Of a stretch of 55,239 nt of DNA, positions 9,845 through 19,429 are shown one piece after another. This DNA is from a virus (taxonomy: Duplodnaviria > Caudoviricetes). How positions within the stretch are numbered: position 1 is the first letter of the stretch; every line of letters starts with the position of its first letter. The position numbers and the translations under genes were made by a program. The stretch is from the IMG/VR virus record IMGVR_UViG_3300045109_000002, positions 1-55,239 of that record, one strand, 5' to 3'. Below the pieces are notes generated by a model that made no database searches, was not told the origin of the DNA, and saw only the letters and a program-made list of their open reading frames with translations.

Positions 9845-10238
9845 GAGCTGGCTCCAACACTCCGGGGTTGACGCCGTAGAACATCACGGTGGGTTCGAGT
9901 ATCTGAGTGCCGCCGATGCGGCGCACCATCTTGATGAAGCGGCGTTCCTTCTCTCTCATGGGGCCTAGCAGGATGATGTAACCTTTGTAGCCGCGCGCGT
10001 TGCAGTCTTCAAACATGGTGCGCAAGAGGCGGCGCAGGGTATAAGGAGGCGCGGACTCGTGGATGACTAGGCGGAATAGAATCACCACCCCGTGGCAAGG
10101 GCAGCAGACCAAGGTGCCAACAATCACGCCGTCCATGACGGCATGCCAGCACCAGTTCTCGTCCATGGGCATGCTCTCGAAGCCAGTCACGACCACTGAA
10201 GCCAAGCGCTCGCCCGGTAGTTGGTTGCGGACGATCAT
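9837..10238 (-). CDS. GNAT-fold-like protein between nozzle and ejection genes
   Basis: ATGA overlap with the nozzle stop; the pattern (IVGTL...LRRLLRTMFEDCNARGY...FIKMVRRIGG) and position recall T7 gp13-like proteins. Confidence 0.5.
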   Translation of the reverse strand: MIVRNQLPGERLASVVVTGFESMPMDENWCWHAVMDGVIVGTLVCCPCHGVVILFRLVIHESAPPYTLRRLLRTMFEDCNARGYKGYIILLGPMREKERRFIKMVRRIGGTQILEPTVMFYGVNPGVLEPAHA

Positions 10239-12862
10239 GAGATGCGCACCAGAGAACCGGCGGGTCGCGGCGTGACGTGCCAATCGATGCTGTCGAACTG
10301 CACATATGGGGCGAAGCTGAACCCTCCCGGTGCGATGGCCACATGCGTGCCGGTGAAGTTGATGTAGGCGTCTAGGCCGACTTGGTTCACGTCCACAACA
10401 TACTCGAAGGAGGTGTCGGAGGTCGAGGGTAATGTTTGCAGAATGAGCTGCAAAGGGGGCGCTTTCAGGGAAGGGTCGATCTTGTTCACCACCACGTCGC
10501 AGCCCACAGCGATGGGAGCCATGGCACTGGCGCCGATGACGCCCTTGATGATAGCGCGCCTGATGTACAGGCGGTCGGTAGGGTTCTCCTGGATGGCCGA
10601 ATTGGTGCGCCAGCCGAAGGGGATGTTGGCGCCGAGGGTAACTACGCCCGAGGGAGCGGTCCAAGCGTCGAAACCTTGGTCGTCACCGGCTTGCCAGCGC
10701 GAAACCATGCCGTTGGACATGCCTCCCCAGATGGTGACGGGGATGGTGCCTGGGGAGTAAATTTGCTTGAGAACGCTGATGCCTTGGGTGGGCAGGTCGG
10801 TGATGGACCAGGCCTTGAGGACCAGGTCGAAACAGAGGATGCGTGTCAGGCGTCCGTCGCTGCCCTGGCCAAGCACTGGTATGGCCATGCAGTACATGGG
10901 AGGATTGGCGGTCATGTCGCCCTTTGCGAAGTAGGCGAATGACAGGTCCATTGGGGAGATGTCGCTCAAGCCGCCGAACAGGTAAGGGCGGATTTCCTCG
11001 CTGATGATGCGGTCGCGGACGCCGTCGAAGACGGCGACACCCAAGTGCGTCAGGCGGATGATGCCGAAGCCAGGGACGAACTTTATCGTCCGTGGCGCAA
11101 TGCAGCCAAGTTCGGTCTGGGCGCGTTGGATGGTGAAGTTGGACGAACCGAAGACGCCGGTTACTTGGTAGGTTGAGAACTCTTTGAATAACACGAGTGA
11201 GCCTTGCGGCGGGATGCCTGACTCCGCAATGGTGAAGGTGGCCATACCCATGCCTTGTTGGCCGTCGTCCTTGCCTACGAAGGCGGTGTTGACGGGGTTC
11301 CACGAGTTCGGGTTGTTAACGTCGGACATTTTCAGGCACGAAGGGCCGTCGAGGAGGTCGGTCGTCGTTGTGGGTTGCGTGTTCCACAGCCACAGCGAAC
11401 CGGCATGGACGATGGCATGAGCGGCACCACGAGGGGCGGGCGTGCTGGTGCTACCTGCTTCCTGCCAAGTGATGGTGCCTGGCGTGGACTCAGAGACGAC
11501 AGCACCAGCGGCAGTTGGAAAAGTAGGTTGGACAGTACCAGTATTGCCCCCTTGGATGGCTTTGTAGAGATGCCCATTGGGGGCGGTGGGCACAATGATG
11601 CTACCTGCGATGAGCGCAGTAGAAGCAACCCAGGTCGGAAAGGAAGAGGTGAAACCGTTCGTCAGGGCCGACGCGGTAGCGTTGTCCCACTGTTGAGGCG
11701 GGTAACCATTGCCAAGCGCGAGAATCATTTTCTTGACGAAAGGGACGAGCAAGGGGGTGGGGCTGGTGGTCCCGACGAACCCTCCGGCAGAAGCGCCTCC
11801 ACCGATGGTGCCGCCACCGCCGACACCGCCCCCACCCGAGCCGCTGCCACCGGAGCCACCACCGGTGCCATCTTCGCGAGGGACAGGGTCGGCAGGAAAG
11901 GAAGCTAGAACGCTGCCGGGGCGAGTGTAGCTGCCGCTGTTGGTGATTTTTAGCAGGGCTATCGTCTGCGTGGTGTTGGTGCTAGGTGGAGTGGCGATGA
12001 CGGTTATCGTGCCACCGCCCCCACTGCGCCTGCTCACTATCGGGAGGGTTGAGATGGGTACGCAGTTGATTTGACTGAGCAGTCCGTTGAAACCTATGGA
12101 CACGCTTTGCACTGTGAAGTTGTTATTGAAAAAGGCAGGCAAGCAACCCGTTACAGTTAAGCTGGCACCTGCTGGGGCGCTGACGGCCGTCGTCGCGGTA
12201 AAGGTGTAGTACCCATTGCCGTTTCCGTCGTTGAAATTGAAAGCGCCGTTTGGAGCTGGTGCGATGGTGTAGGAGGTGCCGGAAGGCGCTGCGCTGCCGT
12301 TGTCGGTATAGGCGTTTGTAGGTGCAGGCAGACCTGTCCCGGCAAGCAGCACCTCGGTACCGGTGGTTGTGCTGCGGTAAACGTTGTAGCCTCCGACCGC
12401 GAGAGGGACGGAGGTCCACGTTAGGTTGATGAGGTGGTTCACTGCAATGGTTACGCTGGCTTCGGTGGAGGCGGTGGTCTCGCCGCCTGCGCCGTCGAGG
12501 GCTGTTACTTTGTAGAAATAGGTGCCTGCTGCGAGGGTGCCACCAGCACCACCATCGACGGCAGCGAGGCCGGTCGGCACGGCGAGCTTGGTCGTCAAGT
12601 CTTTTTGCAGGGCTAGGTAATATTTGACCGTGTTAGAAAACTGGTACAGGTTGATGTCTTCAAAGTTGCCTTGGCCGGTAGTGGGACCGGCACCGTTGAG
12701 AGTGGCGAACCCCAAGTTGCCATCGATCACCCGGAGCGAACCACGGATGAAGTAGGTCATGTTGCTGATGCGCGCGAGGGAGCCTTTGGGCTGGGCGGTG
12801 TCCGCCACCGACACGTTGAGACCTTTGAAGAGTGCTTTCTGGTTGAGCACTTTTACTGTCAT
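10235..12862 (-). CDS. Tail nozzle/stabilization protein (P22 gp10/T7 gp12-like) with inserted accessory domains
   Basis: Propeller-type motifs (LVLFKEFSTYQVTG, LGCIAPRTI, IISEEIRPY); start at 12862 by TGATG overlap. Confidence 0.7.
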   Translation of the reverse strand: MTVKVLNQKALFKGLNVSVADTAQPKGSLARISNMTYFIRGSLRVIDGNLGFATLNGAGPTTGQGNFEDINLYQFSNTVKYYLALQKDLTTKLAVPTGLAAVDGGAGGTLAAGTYFYKVTALDGAGGETTASTEASVTIAVNHLINLTWTSVPLAVGGYNVYRSTTTGTEVLLAGTGLPAPTNAYTDNGSAAPSGTSYTIAPAPNGAFNFNDGNGNGYYTFTATTAVSAPAGASLTVTGCLPAFFNNNFTVQSVSIGFNGLLSQINCVPISTLPIVSRRSGGGGTITVIATPPSTNTTQTIALLKITNSGSYTRPGSVLASFPADPVPREDGTGGGSGGSGSGGGGVGGGGTIGGGASAGGFVGTTSPTPLLVPFVKKMILALGNGYPPQQWDNATASALTNGFTSSFPTWVASTALIAGSIIVPTAPNGHLYKAIQGGNTGTVQPTFPTAAGAVVSESTPGTITWQEAGSTSTPAPRGAAHAIVHAGSLWLWNTQPTTTTDLLDGPSCLKMSDVNNPNSWNPVNTAFVGKDDGQQGMGMATFTIAESGIPPQGSLVLFKEFSTYQVTGVFGSSNFTIQRAQTELGCIAPRTIKFVPGFGIIRLTHLGVAVFDGVRDRIISEEIRPYLFGGLSDISPMDLSFAYFAKGDMTANPPMYCMAIPVLGQGSDGRLTRILCFDLVLKAWSITDLPTQGISVLKQIYSPGTIPVTIWGGMSNGMVSRWQAGDDQGFDAWTAPSGVVTLGANIPFGWRTNSAIQENPTDRLYIRRAIIKGVIGASAMAPIAVGCDVVVNKIDPSLKAPPLQLILQTLPSTSDTSFEYVVDVNQVGLDAYINFTGTHVAIAPGGFSFAPYVQFDSIDWHVTPRPAGSLVRIS

Positions 12863-13398
12863 CAGGCAACCCATTCCAAGCGCTGCAACTGGTGCGGACA
12901 ATAACCCATACGGAACTTCGCCCAGTCGCAATTCTTACAAAGTAGTTGATACTTATCCTTCGGGAATCCCTCGTGCTTCACAATGCTTAACCAGTGGCCA
13001 TTGTTGATTTCCCGCCTGTGCTGAGTTCCTCCACCTTTTACATGGTCCAAAACCAAGAACACTTCTTCAATCTCACCACAACAAACACATTTTCGGCCAT
13101 ACGCGGACAGGACTTCTTCTCGCAACCTACGCTGTTTCTCCTTGCCACGCTTGCGGTCGTTCTCGCGCACTTCTTCAACGTTCTCCTGTCTCCACTGCCG
13201 AGCACGAGAGTTGTTACAAGTGCGGCAAATGCGTTCAGGACCTGTAGCACGCTGGCGCATGAGCACGTTGTCACCAACGAGTTCATGGCCGAACTCGCAA
13301 TGAGCTTTGCCGGTGTGCTGATTGCCAAAACCTTCTACAAACTGTCCCTTGTCGTTGCGCATGGTAGATAGCATACCGGCATCCATTATGGGCGTCAA
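12862..13398 (-). CDS. Free-standing HNH homing endonuclease
   Basis: RNDKGQF, HCEFGHE...CRTC, then YGRKCVCCGE...LDHV...LLCKNC; lower GC than neighbours. Confidence 0.8.
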   Translation of the reverse strand: MTPIMDAGMLSTMRNDKGQFVEGFGNQHTGKAHCEFGHELVGDNVLMRQRATGPERICRTCNNSRARQWRQENVEEVRENDRKRGKEKQRRLREEVLSAYGRKCVCCGEIEEVFLVLDHVKGGGTQHRREINNGHWLSIVKHEGFPKDKYQLLCKNCDWAKFRMGYCPHQLQRLEWVA

Positions 13399-14666
13399 GG
13401 CAAAACTGTTCCACCAAATGGGTGAGGATTCGCAATCGAGAAGGAGTCATCGCGCAATTGCACCTGGCGCGGACCAGCAAGCTGACGGTTAGTCCTGGCC
13501 CAGCCGGTGATTTGTTCGTCGAAGGCTTTCTTCAAGCGGGCCGCTTCGGTGAAGTCCTGTTCGGCCTGCTTGGCCTTGCTGAGCATGAAGTTGACGAGGA
13601 GGTCGTCCCATCCAGCGGGTACTGGTATGACGGTAGCGCTCTGGCCCGGTACATAGGGAGTGGTGAAGATGCGCTTGCCGTTCATGAACAGGTTGAGTTC
13701 TTTGACGGGGACGCCACTGGCGGCAGCGCTGATGGCTACACCGCCCGAAAGGGCGCGGACGCATCCGGCCAGGGAGGTGCCGCTGGCCAAGGATGAGTAG
13801 CTGACGACTTCGGTCAAGGTCGAAGGGGAGACTGGTCCGAGTTGTGCGAATCCAAAGGGCAGGACGAAACCGGCCGTGGAGGTCACGTTGATGGAGGTGT
13901 CGGTGGTGGTGAAACTGGCTGTGGTGGTAGTGGACACGGCGGTGCGCGCTGGCTGGGGCCAGACTTCGAGGATGACACGGTTGTCGCGGACAGAACAAGC
14001 CACTGCGCCGAGGATGCTGGAGGTGACGGCACTCCGGCGGAACATGGTGGAACGTCCGATTTCCGATACCGGGTAACCGTCATACCAGACATCGGCGAAG
14101 GCTTGCCATTCACCGGGCATGACGTAGAGAGGCTGGCCTTGGACGGTACCCACGCCGGTGTAGTCCATGATGCCACCAGCGATGCGGGAGCATTCGGTGA
14201 GACCTTGTGAGAGCCACCTGAATAGCGAGCCTGCGCTGAAGGCGCCACCATCGGTGTCGGGCAGGTAGGCGCTGCTGTGGATGGGTGGCGTGCCGTAAGC
14301 GAGTGTGGCCACCGGCCCGAGGATGGTGAAAGTTGCGGAGGTGCTCTCGAAGTAGAATTGTTCGGCTCCGGCCGCGCCACCGACGCTAGTGATGTAAACA
14401 CGATATTTGATGACGTTGGGGGATACTGGCAAGGTAACGGCAACTTGGATGGACTGGTTGGCGCCGACAGTGAGCGCGCTCGATTCCGCCGAGGGGCTGG
14501 ATTCTCCCCATGGTGTGAAGGCTGTCACTACCAAGAAGTAGGTGCCAAGAGCGAGAAAGTTACCGGCTGGGCTGACCACCGTGGGCGTGATGGTGGGTGC
14601 GCCGACAGCTTGGGGCACATCGGTGATTAATTCGCGGACCATCATCACGACATCCCCTACTAGCAT
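13395..14666 (-). CDS. Head-tail adaptor/tail tubular A-like protein with FN3-like insert
   Basis: Position after capsid genes; helical ends (LVGDVVMMVRELI, WDDLLVNFMLSKAK); GAGGT RBS before ATG 14666. Confidence 0.6.
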   Translation of the reverse strand: MLVGDVVMMVRELITDVPQAVGAPTITPTVVSPAGNFLALGTYFLVVTAFTPWGESSPSAESSALTVGANQSIQVAVTLPVSPNVIKYRVYITSVGGAAGAEQFYFESTSATFTILGPVATLAYGTPPIHSSAYLPDTDGGAFSAGSLFRWLSQGLTECSRIAGGIMDYTGVGTVQGQPLYVMPGEWQAFADVWYDGYPVSEIGRSTMFRRSAVTSSILGAVACSVRDNRVILEVWPQPARTAVSTTTTASFTTTDTSINVTSTAGFVLPFGFAQLGPVSPSTLTEVVSYSSLASGTSLAGCVRALSGGVAISAAASGVPVKELNLFMNGKRIFTTPYVPGQSATVIPVPAGWDDLLVNFMLSKAKQAEQDFTEAARLKKAFDEQITGWARTNRQLAGPRQVQLRDDSFSIANPHPFGGTVLP

Positions 14667-14685
14667 GAGCACCTCGTGTGCTAAC

Positions 14686-14725
14686 AAAAAGTGGCGGAGC
14701 AGGGTGTTTGCCCCGACCCGCCACT
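14686..14725 (-). terminator. Intrinsic terminator after the capsid genes
   Basis: Stem AGTGGCGG/CCGCCACT followed by a U-run on the minus strand. Confidence 0.65.
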
Positions 14726-14806
14726 CAGGAGGAACAACAGCAGGGCCGCCACCCCGCTGCGCCTATCCGCTGCTGTATCAGGGCAACGGAAATTTTTACT
14801 TCAAAG

Positions 14807-15220
14807 TTACGGCCCGGCGACCAGTTCGAGGTCCTGCGAAGCTGTAAGGGTGCCGACGCTCAAGGTCACAATGACGTTGACCTGCGTGAAGGAGATGTCC
14901 ACCCCTGAGTCGATGTAGTAATCGAGGCCGCTGTTAGCTGCGTTGGCGATGGTGAAGGCCGGTGCGTTGAAGATGCAGTAGGTGTTGGTGCCGTCGCTGA
15001 CCGTCACTACGACAGCGGCCGCTGTGGTGGCGCTGCCACCGTTGTAGATTTTTACCCGCACGAGCGCCTTGGTCATGCCTTGCGACAGACCTTTGGTATT
15101 GGCGGTGGTGAACGAGGTGGTCGTCGAGGCAGCGGCAAGGGCGGTACCGTTAATCACGCCATAGATGGATGGCTGACCGTAGCCGGGGTAGAGTGTTTGG
15201 TACGTGTTTACGATTGCCAA
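14807..15220 (-). CDS. Capsid decoration/minor head protein
   Basis: 137 aa, T/A/V-rich beta protein downstream of the MCP; AAGGAG RBS. Confidence 0.55.
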   Translation of the reverse strand: MAIVNTYQTLYPGYGQPSIYGVINGTALAAASTTTSFTTANTKGLSQGMTKALVRVKIYNGGSATTAAAVVVTVSDGTNTYCIFNAPAFTIANAANSGLDYYIDSGVDISFTQVNVIVTLSVGTLTASQDLELVAGP

Positions 15221-15231
15221 AGGGTGGCTCC

Positions 15232-15711
15232 TTACATCACGAGCGCTTCAGTTTGAGCCGAAGGAAGTCTGCGGCTACCACGAAGCGTCCGAAGTGAATT
15301 TACTTTATCCATAAGCTCAGCTCGCTTGGCTCTGAGTTCTGGAGAAATTTGATAGTCCCCACGATGCACAGTCGCCCTGAATTCCAGTGCAAGTTCAGCC
15401 TGGACGCGCTTGATGACCATGTAAGGCAGACAAGCGGCCAACAACTTTTCTGCTTTGACACTGGATACCTGCCAATGCCAACAGTCAGCCCAGTGAGGTT
15501 TACTAGGAGGGCGCCACTGTTTCGTGATTTTGCCTCCAGGGAAGTTGAGCATGAGCCACTGCATCAGTTCCTGACTTGTATTAGTGACGACAACTCGCAA
15601 GCTGTGGGACCTATGACGGCGTCGAGCACCACCGCCAATGTCGTTAAGCAAGATACAACCTTCACCGTCGATGTAGGCTGCGAGCTGCACGTATTGGAGT
15701 TCAGTCGGCAT
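15232..15711 (-). CDS. Free-standing LAGLIDADG homing endonuclease
   Basis: QLAAYIDGEGCI motif, LRVVVTNTS, LPYMVIKRVQAELAL. Confidence 0.88.
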   Translation of the reverse strand: MPTELQYVQLAAYIDGEGCILLNDIGGGARRRHRSHSLRVVVTNTSQELMQWLMLNFPGGKITKQWRPPSKPHWADCWHWQVSSVKAEKLLAACLPYMVIKRVQAELALEFRATVHRGDYQISPELRAKRAELMDKVNSLRTLRGSRRLPSAQTEALVM

Positions 15712-15719
15712 GGTATCAA

Positions 15720-16697
15720 TTATGGCATACCTGTAATGCAGACCTGCATCCTGGGGGAGGTACAGGATATTTGCCACTGGAGATATATCTTGGTAACTAC
15801 TACTCTTTGGTTACTAGGCTGCATCCAAGGGTCGAGGGTGAAGTAATCGTTGCCGTTGAAGACCGGGAAGAGGTACTTGCTGTTCAGCAGGTAGCCACGG
15901 GTCGCAGGGCAGAAGGGGTCGGCAATCACGACGGCGTTGTTGTACACGAAGTGATAGCGGAATCCGGCCTGGAGCGCTTCGGTGTCTTGCTCCAGGTTCA
16001 CGAAACGGATGAGAGAGGTGAACTGGTTCTTGAAGCCTGCGAAGTCGGTGTTGGTGAGAACGAAGACATCGGGTTCGTCGTAGCCTAGGACGACAGTTTG
16101 GTAAGCAAGTTCGGCGTTGGCCGGGGTCAGGGTGCCACCAGCGGCGAAGTTGGCTGCGGGCTGCCATGCGGTGGTGACGGTACGGTCGATACCGGCGATC
16201 ACGTTGTTGGTCAGGCGGACCCACGAGTCAATGTCGTCCACGTCGATGGTGGTGTTCTGCGGGGCGGTGTGCCAGACGGCGCGGGCGAGCTTTTGGAGGA
16301 AGGATGCGCCCCCGATTTCCAGCTTGACTTCGACGAGGTCCAGACCAGCGCTGCCACCACGGCCGAGGATGATGTCGGTTACCGGGATGGAGACGTTCTG
16401 GTAGTAAGGGCGCCAGACTTGGTTGGCCGGGACTACCGAGTCGACGACGGTGGTGTTTAGCAACTGGTCGCCGTAGTAGGGGCCACCGGTGGTCTCTTCG
16501 GCGGTTACGAGCGGGAAGACCAGTTCCGCTCCGTAGCGGATGTCCTTACCGTTGCGCATGAGCGCCCAGAAGACCGGCGAGGGCTTGAAGACGATGTCGC
16601 CGATTTCGCCGTGGATATATTTTTGCGCAATGGCATCAAGGGTGTTGATGAGCTGCGCTGTAGGTTGCTGTACGCCAGTTCCGACTATGCCTGCCAT
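15720..16697 (-). CDS. Major capsid protein
   Basis: 325 aa after the scaffold; strong GAGGAG RBS; HK97-fold-like patterns (IAGIDR, PDVFVLT, YLLNSKYL). Confidence 0.8.
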   Translation of the reverse strand: MAGIVGTGVQQPTAQLINTLDAIAQKYIHGEIGDIVFKPSPVFWALMRNGKDIRYGAELVFPLVTAEETTGGPYYGDQLLNTTVVDSVVPANQVWRPYYQNVSIPVTDIILGRGGSAGLDLVEVKLEIGGASFLQKLARAVWHTAPQNTTIDVDDIDSWVRLTNNVIAGIDRTVTTAWQPAANFAAGGTLTPANAELAYQTVVLGYDEPDVFVLTNTDFAGFKNQFTSLIRFVNLEQDTEALQAGFRYHFVYNNAVVIADPFCPATRGYLLNSKYLFPVFNGNDYFTLDPWMQPSNQRVVVTKIYLQWQISCTSPRMQVCITGMP

Positions 16698-16713
16698 ATG
16701 TGCTCCTCAATAG

Positions 16714-17499
16714 TTACTGCTCTACTCCTCCAGCAGCGATGCGCTGAATCTCGGGGTCCTGCATGGCCTTGTACAGGAGTTCTTTCATCGACTTGGGCTT
16801 GTCCTTAGGGTCGATAGGCGCCCTACGGGCGTCGGGCGCTAGGGCGCCAGGACGGGCAGCGCCTGCTGCTCGCGCGGCACGTTCGCCTTCTTTGCGGCCT
16901 TCTTCGCGGGCTTTCTTTTCGATGGCCGCTTGACGGTCGTTTTCCGTCAGCATGCGGGCCGCCTTGACGGGGTCGGGCAGGCCCCACTTGTCGGTAATTT
17001 TTTGTTCGCTGGCGTAGCGGACGAGGTCTTCAAGTTTCTTGTCTTTGGGGCGCGAGAGGTCGTCGAGTGCATCGTAGCCGCGTTGCCAGACGTAGTCGGT
17101 GACGAAACTGAAGCCGGAAGCGATGGCCGCTTCGAGTTGCTTGGACTTGGTCTCGAAGTTTTTGGTCGCAGTGTCGTAGGCGTCCAGCTTCTTCTTGAGG
17201 GCCTTCATGACCGGGTCGTTCCAGTCGATTTCACCTTCGGCGTCAATCGGTGGCTTGCCGTCCACGCCCTTGTCTTTTACCGACTCGTATAGGGCGAGTG
17301 CGTCGGCGCCGAGCTTTTGAGCTTTCTGGAATTCGGCTTCGGCCTCTTCTTGCCTGCGCTTTGCGGCGGCAGTGGTTTCACTGCCCTGCTTGTGGAAGGC
17401 ACGCAGGTCCGCTACTGACACCTCGTCGTCGCCGATTTTGAACTTCATGTCGTCAGTGTATTTTGCATTCGCTACGAGGTCGCTTAGAGAGATTGGCAT
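16714..17499 (-). CDS. Scaffolding protein
   Basis: Charged helical protein with KFKIGDDEVSVADL pattern, directly upstream of the MCP. Confidence 0.65.
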   Translation of the reverse strand: MPISLSDLVANAKYTDDMKFKIGDDEVSVADLRAFHKQGSETTAAAKRRQEEAEAEFQKAQKLGADALALYESVKDKGVDGKPPIDAEGEIDWNDPVMKALKKKLDAYDTATKNFETKSKQLEAAIASGFSFVTDYVWQRGYDALDDLSRPKDKKLEDLVRYASEQKITDKWGLPDPVKAARMLTENDRQAAIEKKAREEGRKEGERAARAAGAARPGALAPDARRAPIDPKDKPKSMKELLYKAMQDPEIQRIAAGGVEQ

Positions 17500-17912
17500 T
17501 AGGCTGGCCCTCCTATGGCCGGTCCTTGACCTGCGGCGGCGCTACCGGAGCCAGCGGCACTGAAGCCGATTTGCGGGCGGGTTGCTGACTGGGTGGCGGC
17601 GGCGGACTGGATTTCCTTGATGGCTTTGTCCCACTGTTTCATGGCACCGGCGATTTGACCGGCGACGTTCGGGAGGCGCATGCCCGAACGGACAAAGAGC
17701 TGCATCATGGCTTGTTTGAGTTGCTGCATTTCGCGCATCATAAAGCCAGGGTCGGCGCCTTGGAGTTCGCTGCTGAGCTGGCTGACTTGCCCGCCAGCGT
17801 CACCTGATGCGCTGTCTGCACCGCTAGGTGCAGAGCCTGGCATGCCTGGAGGCGCACCTGCACCCATGCGGGACATGAGCATGGCTGCGAGCGGGTTGCC
17901 TCCAGATGCCAT
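17499..17912 (-). CDS. Hypothetical head-module protein (G/A/M/Q-rich)
   Basis: TAATG coupling on both sides. Confidence 0.65.
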   Translation of the reverse strand: MASGGNPLAAMLMSRMGAGAPPGMPGSAPSGADSASGDAGGQVSQLSSELQGADPGFMMREMQQLKQAMMQLFVRSGMRLPNVAGQIAGAMKQWDKAIKEIQSAAATQSATRPQIGFSAAGSGSAAAGQGPAIGGPA

Positions 17913-18169
17913 TACTTCTTGCCGCCTTTACGGGCGAGAGACTTGTCGTGCATGGCTTGTTCGCCCTTGGGGAACTTGGCACCGATGCTGCTGAATGGTT
18001 TGAGAATTCCAATCGGGTCGGGGACTGGGCCGCCCTTGGCGAAGCCGTCGCCCTCTTCGTGGTAGATGCCGGGGCGCGGGTCGGGACCAGCAGCGGTTAC
18101 CTGCAAGGGGGTGGAGATGTCCGGGTAGTGGCCAGTGTCCAGAGGATTCTTTTCTGCGTGTGCTCCCAT
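17912..18169 (-). CDS. Small hypothetical head-module protein
   Basis: AAGGAG RBS; basic C-terminus. Confidence 0.65.
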   Translation of the reverse strand: MGAHAEKNPLDTGHYPDISTPLQVTAAGPDPRPGIYHEEGDGFAKGGPVPDPIGILKPFSSIGAKFPKGEQAMHDKSLARKGGKK

Positions 18170-18184
18170 GATTTTGGTGCTCCT

Positions 18185-18394
18185 TTATTTGCCAGGTGTT
18201 GACCTGGCGTTGTATTGCTGAATGGCGTTGACGACATCGGTGGCGGCGCCGGGCGCGTTGTTGGTCATGCCGTTGGCTTTGAGAATAGCGGTGACGACTT
18301 CTACCAGCGAGGGGACTGGCTTGGCGTTACGCTGCTCGACCATTTGAATGTCGAAGAACAGCGTTGGGAAGCGGTCTGCCAACGGGTCGGCCAT
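18185..18394 (-). CDS. Small hypothetical protein
   Basis: Packs tightly in the operon. Confidence 0.6.
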   Translation of the reverse strand: MADPLADRFPTLFFDIQMVEQRNAKPVPSLVEVVTAILKANGMTNNAPGAATDVVNAIQQYNARSTPGK

Positions 18395-18400
18395 GATGAT

Positions 18401-18661
18401 TTAGCGGTTGCCGCCTTTCTTGGGATTGCGCTTGCCGGAGTCGTCGTATTGAGTCGAAGGATGTGTCTTATGGACAGAGGTCACACTCGGCGAAGGGTCA
18501 ACTCGCCGACTGCCACCACGGGCTTGAGACTGCTTGGGGAAGTCGGGAAGGCGGACCTCGCCAGGAGTGCCGATTTGACGGTTGCGGAACATGTCAGGAG
18601 TGATAGGGTCCTTGAGCCAAGGGCCGTCTTCGTAGAGAGGTGAGTTTAGGCGAACTGCCAT
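18401..18661 (-). CDS. Small basic hypothetical protein
   Basis: AAAGGGG RBS; ends KRNPKKGGNR. Confidence 0.6.
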   Translation of the reverse strand: MAVRLNSPLYEDGPWLKDPITPDMFRNRQIGTPGEVRLPDFPKQSQARGGSRRVDPSPSVTSVHKTHPSTQYDDSGKRNPKKGGNR

Positions 18662-18756
18662 GTTGTTCCCCTTTCGGCAACTGGTGCGAAGGGGCGCCGG
18701 TCTGTCTTCCCCCCAGTGCCCCCCTCGCGATTCAGTTGTGTGCTGCCTTGGTTCAG

Positions 18757-18807
18757 TTACTTCCGGCCATGCTTACGACCACGCCGACGGTTCTTTTCTG
18801 TGAACAT
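18757..18807 (-). CDS. 16-aa basic micropeptide MFTEKNRRRGRKHGRK
   Basis: AAAGGAG RBS 5 nt before the ATG; paralogous to 18880-18933. Confidence 0.65.
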   Translation of the reverse strand: MFTEKNRRRGRKHGRK

Positions 18808-18879
18808 CTGGTCTCCTTTCTCGGCAGCGCACCCAGTTTTGCAACCAGAGAGACCTGCTGCCGGGCACTTCTACAAAAG

Positions 18880-18933
18880 TCAGTAGCGGCCGTGCTTGCG
18901 GCCGCCTTTGCGGCGTTTATTCTTTTCGCGCAC
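18880..18933 (-). CDS. 17-aa basic micropeptide MREKNKRRKGGRKHGRY
   Basis: GTG overlapping the upstream TAG; shares EKN-RR-GRKHGR with its neighbour. Confidence 0.55.
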   Translation of the reverse strand: MREKNKRRKGGRKHGRY

Positions 18934-19193
18934 TAGTTCACCCTCTTGTCGCTTGGGCCGTACATGTCGAGCATCTCAACAGCTTTCTGTTCGACGAAGT
19001 GCAGGAATGAGGCTTCGTCACGGAACTGACGGCGGGTCGATTCGTGGACGTAGAAGGGGACACAGAGATGGCCGTCGATGGCGTATTGGGCAATCCAGCA
19101 TTCGTCTTGTTTGGTTAGACAGAGGCGGACGCGTTCGGTGGTTGTAGAGGTGCTCACGTTGTGAGGTTGGGGGTACTGGTACGGTGGTGTCAA
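18933..19193 (-). CDS. Hypothetical protein
   Basis: TTGA overlap with the upstream gene. Confidence 0.55.
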   Translation of the reverse strand: MTPPYQYPQPHNVSTSTTTERVRLCLTKQDECWIAQYAIDGHLCVPFYVHESTRRQFRDEASFLHFVEQKAVEMLDMYGPSDKRVN

Positions 19194-19429
19194 GAGATTT
19201 CAGCGAGGTGCTGCGCGTCCTGCGTGGGGACACCTATCCAGAGGCGACCAGTAAGGTCTCTATACACACGGTTACCGGCGGCGATGAGGGTGCCGTTCTC
19301 ACACCAGACTTGGATGGTGCGCTTGCTGCGGCGCCACTCGATGGCGGCTTCTTTCACGGAAAGCCAACGGATGCCGACACAGATGTGCCACGGAGGCGCG
19401 GGTGAGAGGGTGTGTTGAGGGGTGCTCAT
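19190..19429 (-). CDS. Excisionase/MerR-like HTH DNA-binding protein
   Basis: WLSVKEAAIEWRRSKRTIQVWCENGTL. Confidence 0.7.
   Translation of the reverse strand: MSTPQHTLSPAPPWHICVGIRWLSVKEAAIEWRRSKRTIQVWCENGTLIAAGNRVYRDLTGRLWIGVPTQDAQHLAEIS

Noticed and set aside
15232-15720. LAGLIDADG gene inside a group I intron of the capsid gene
   Set aside because: The MCP appears complete, and only about 10 nt flank the endonuclease ORF, leaving no room for a ribozyme core.
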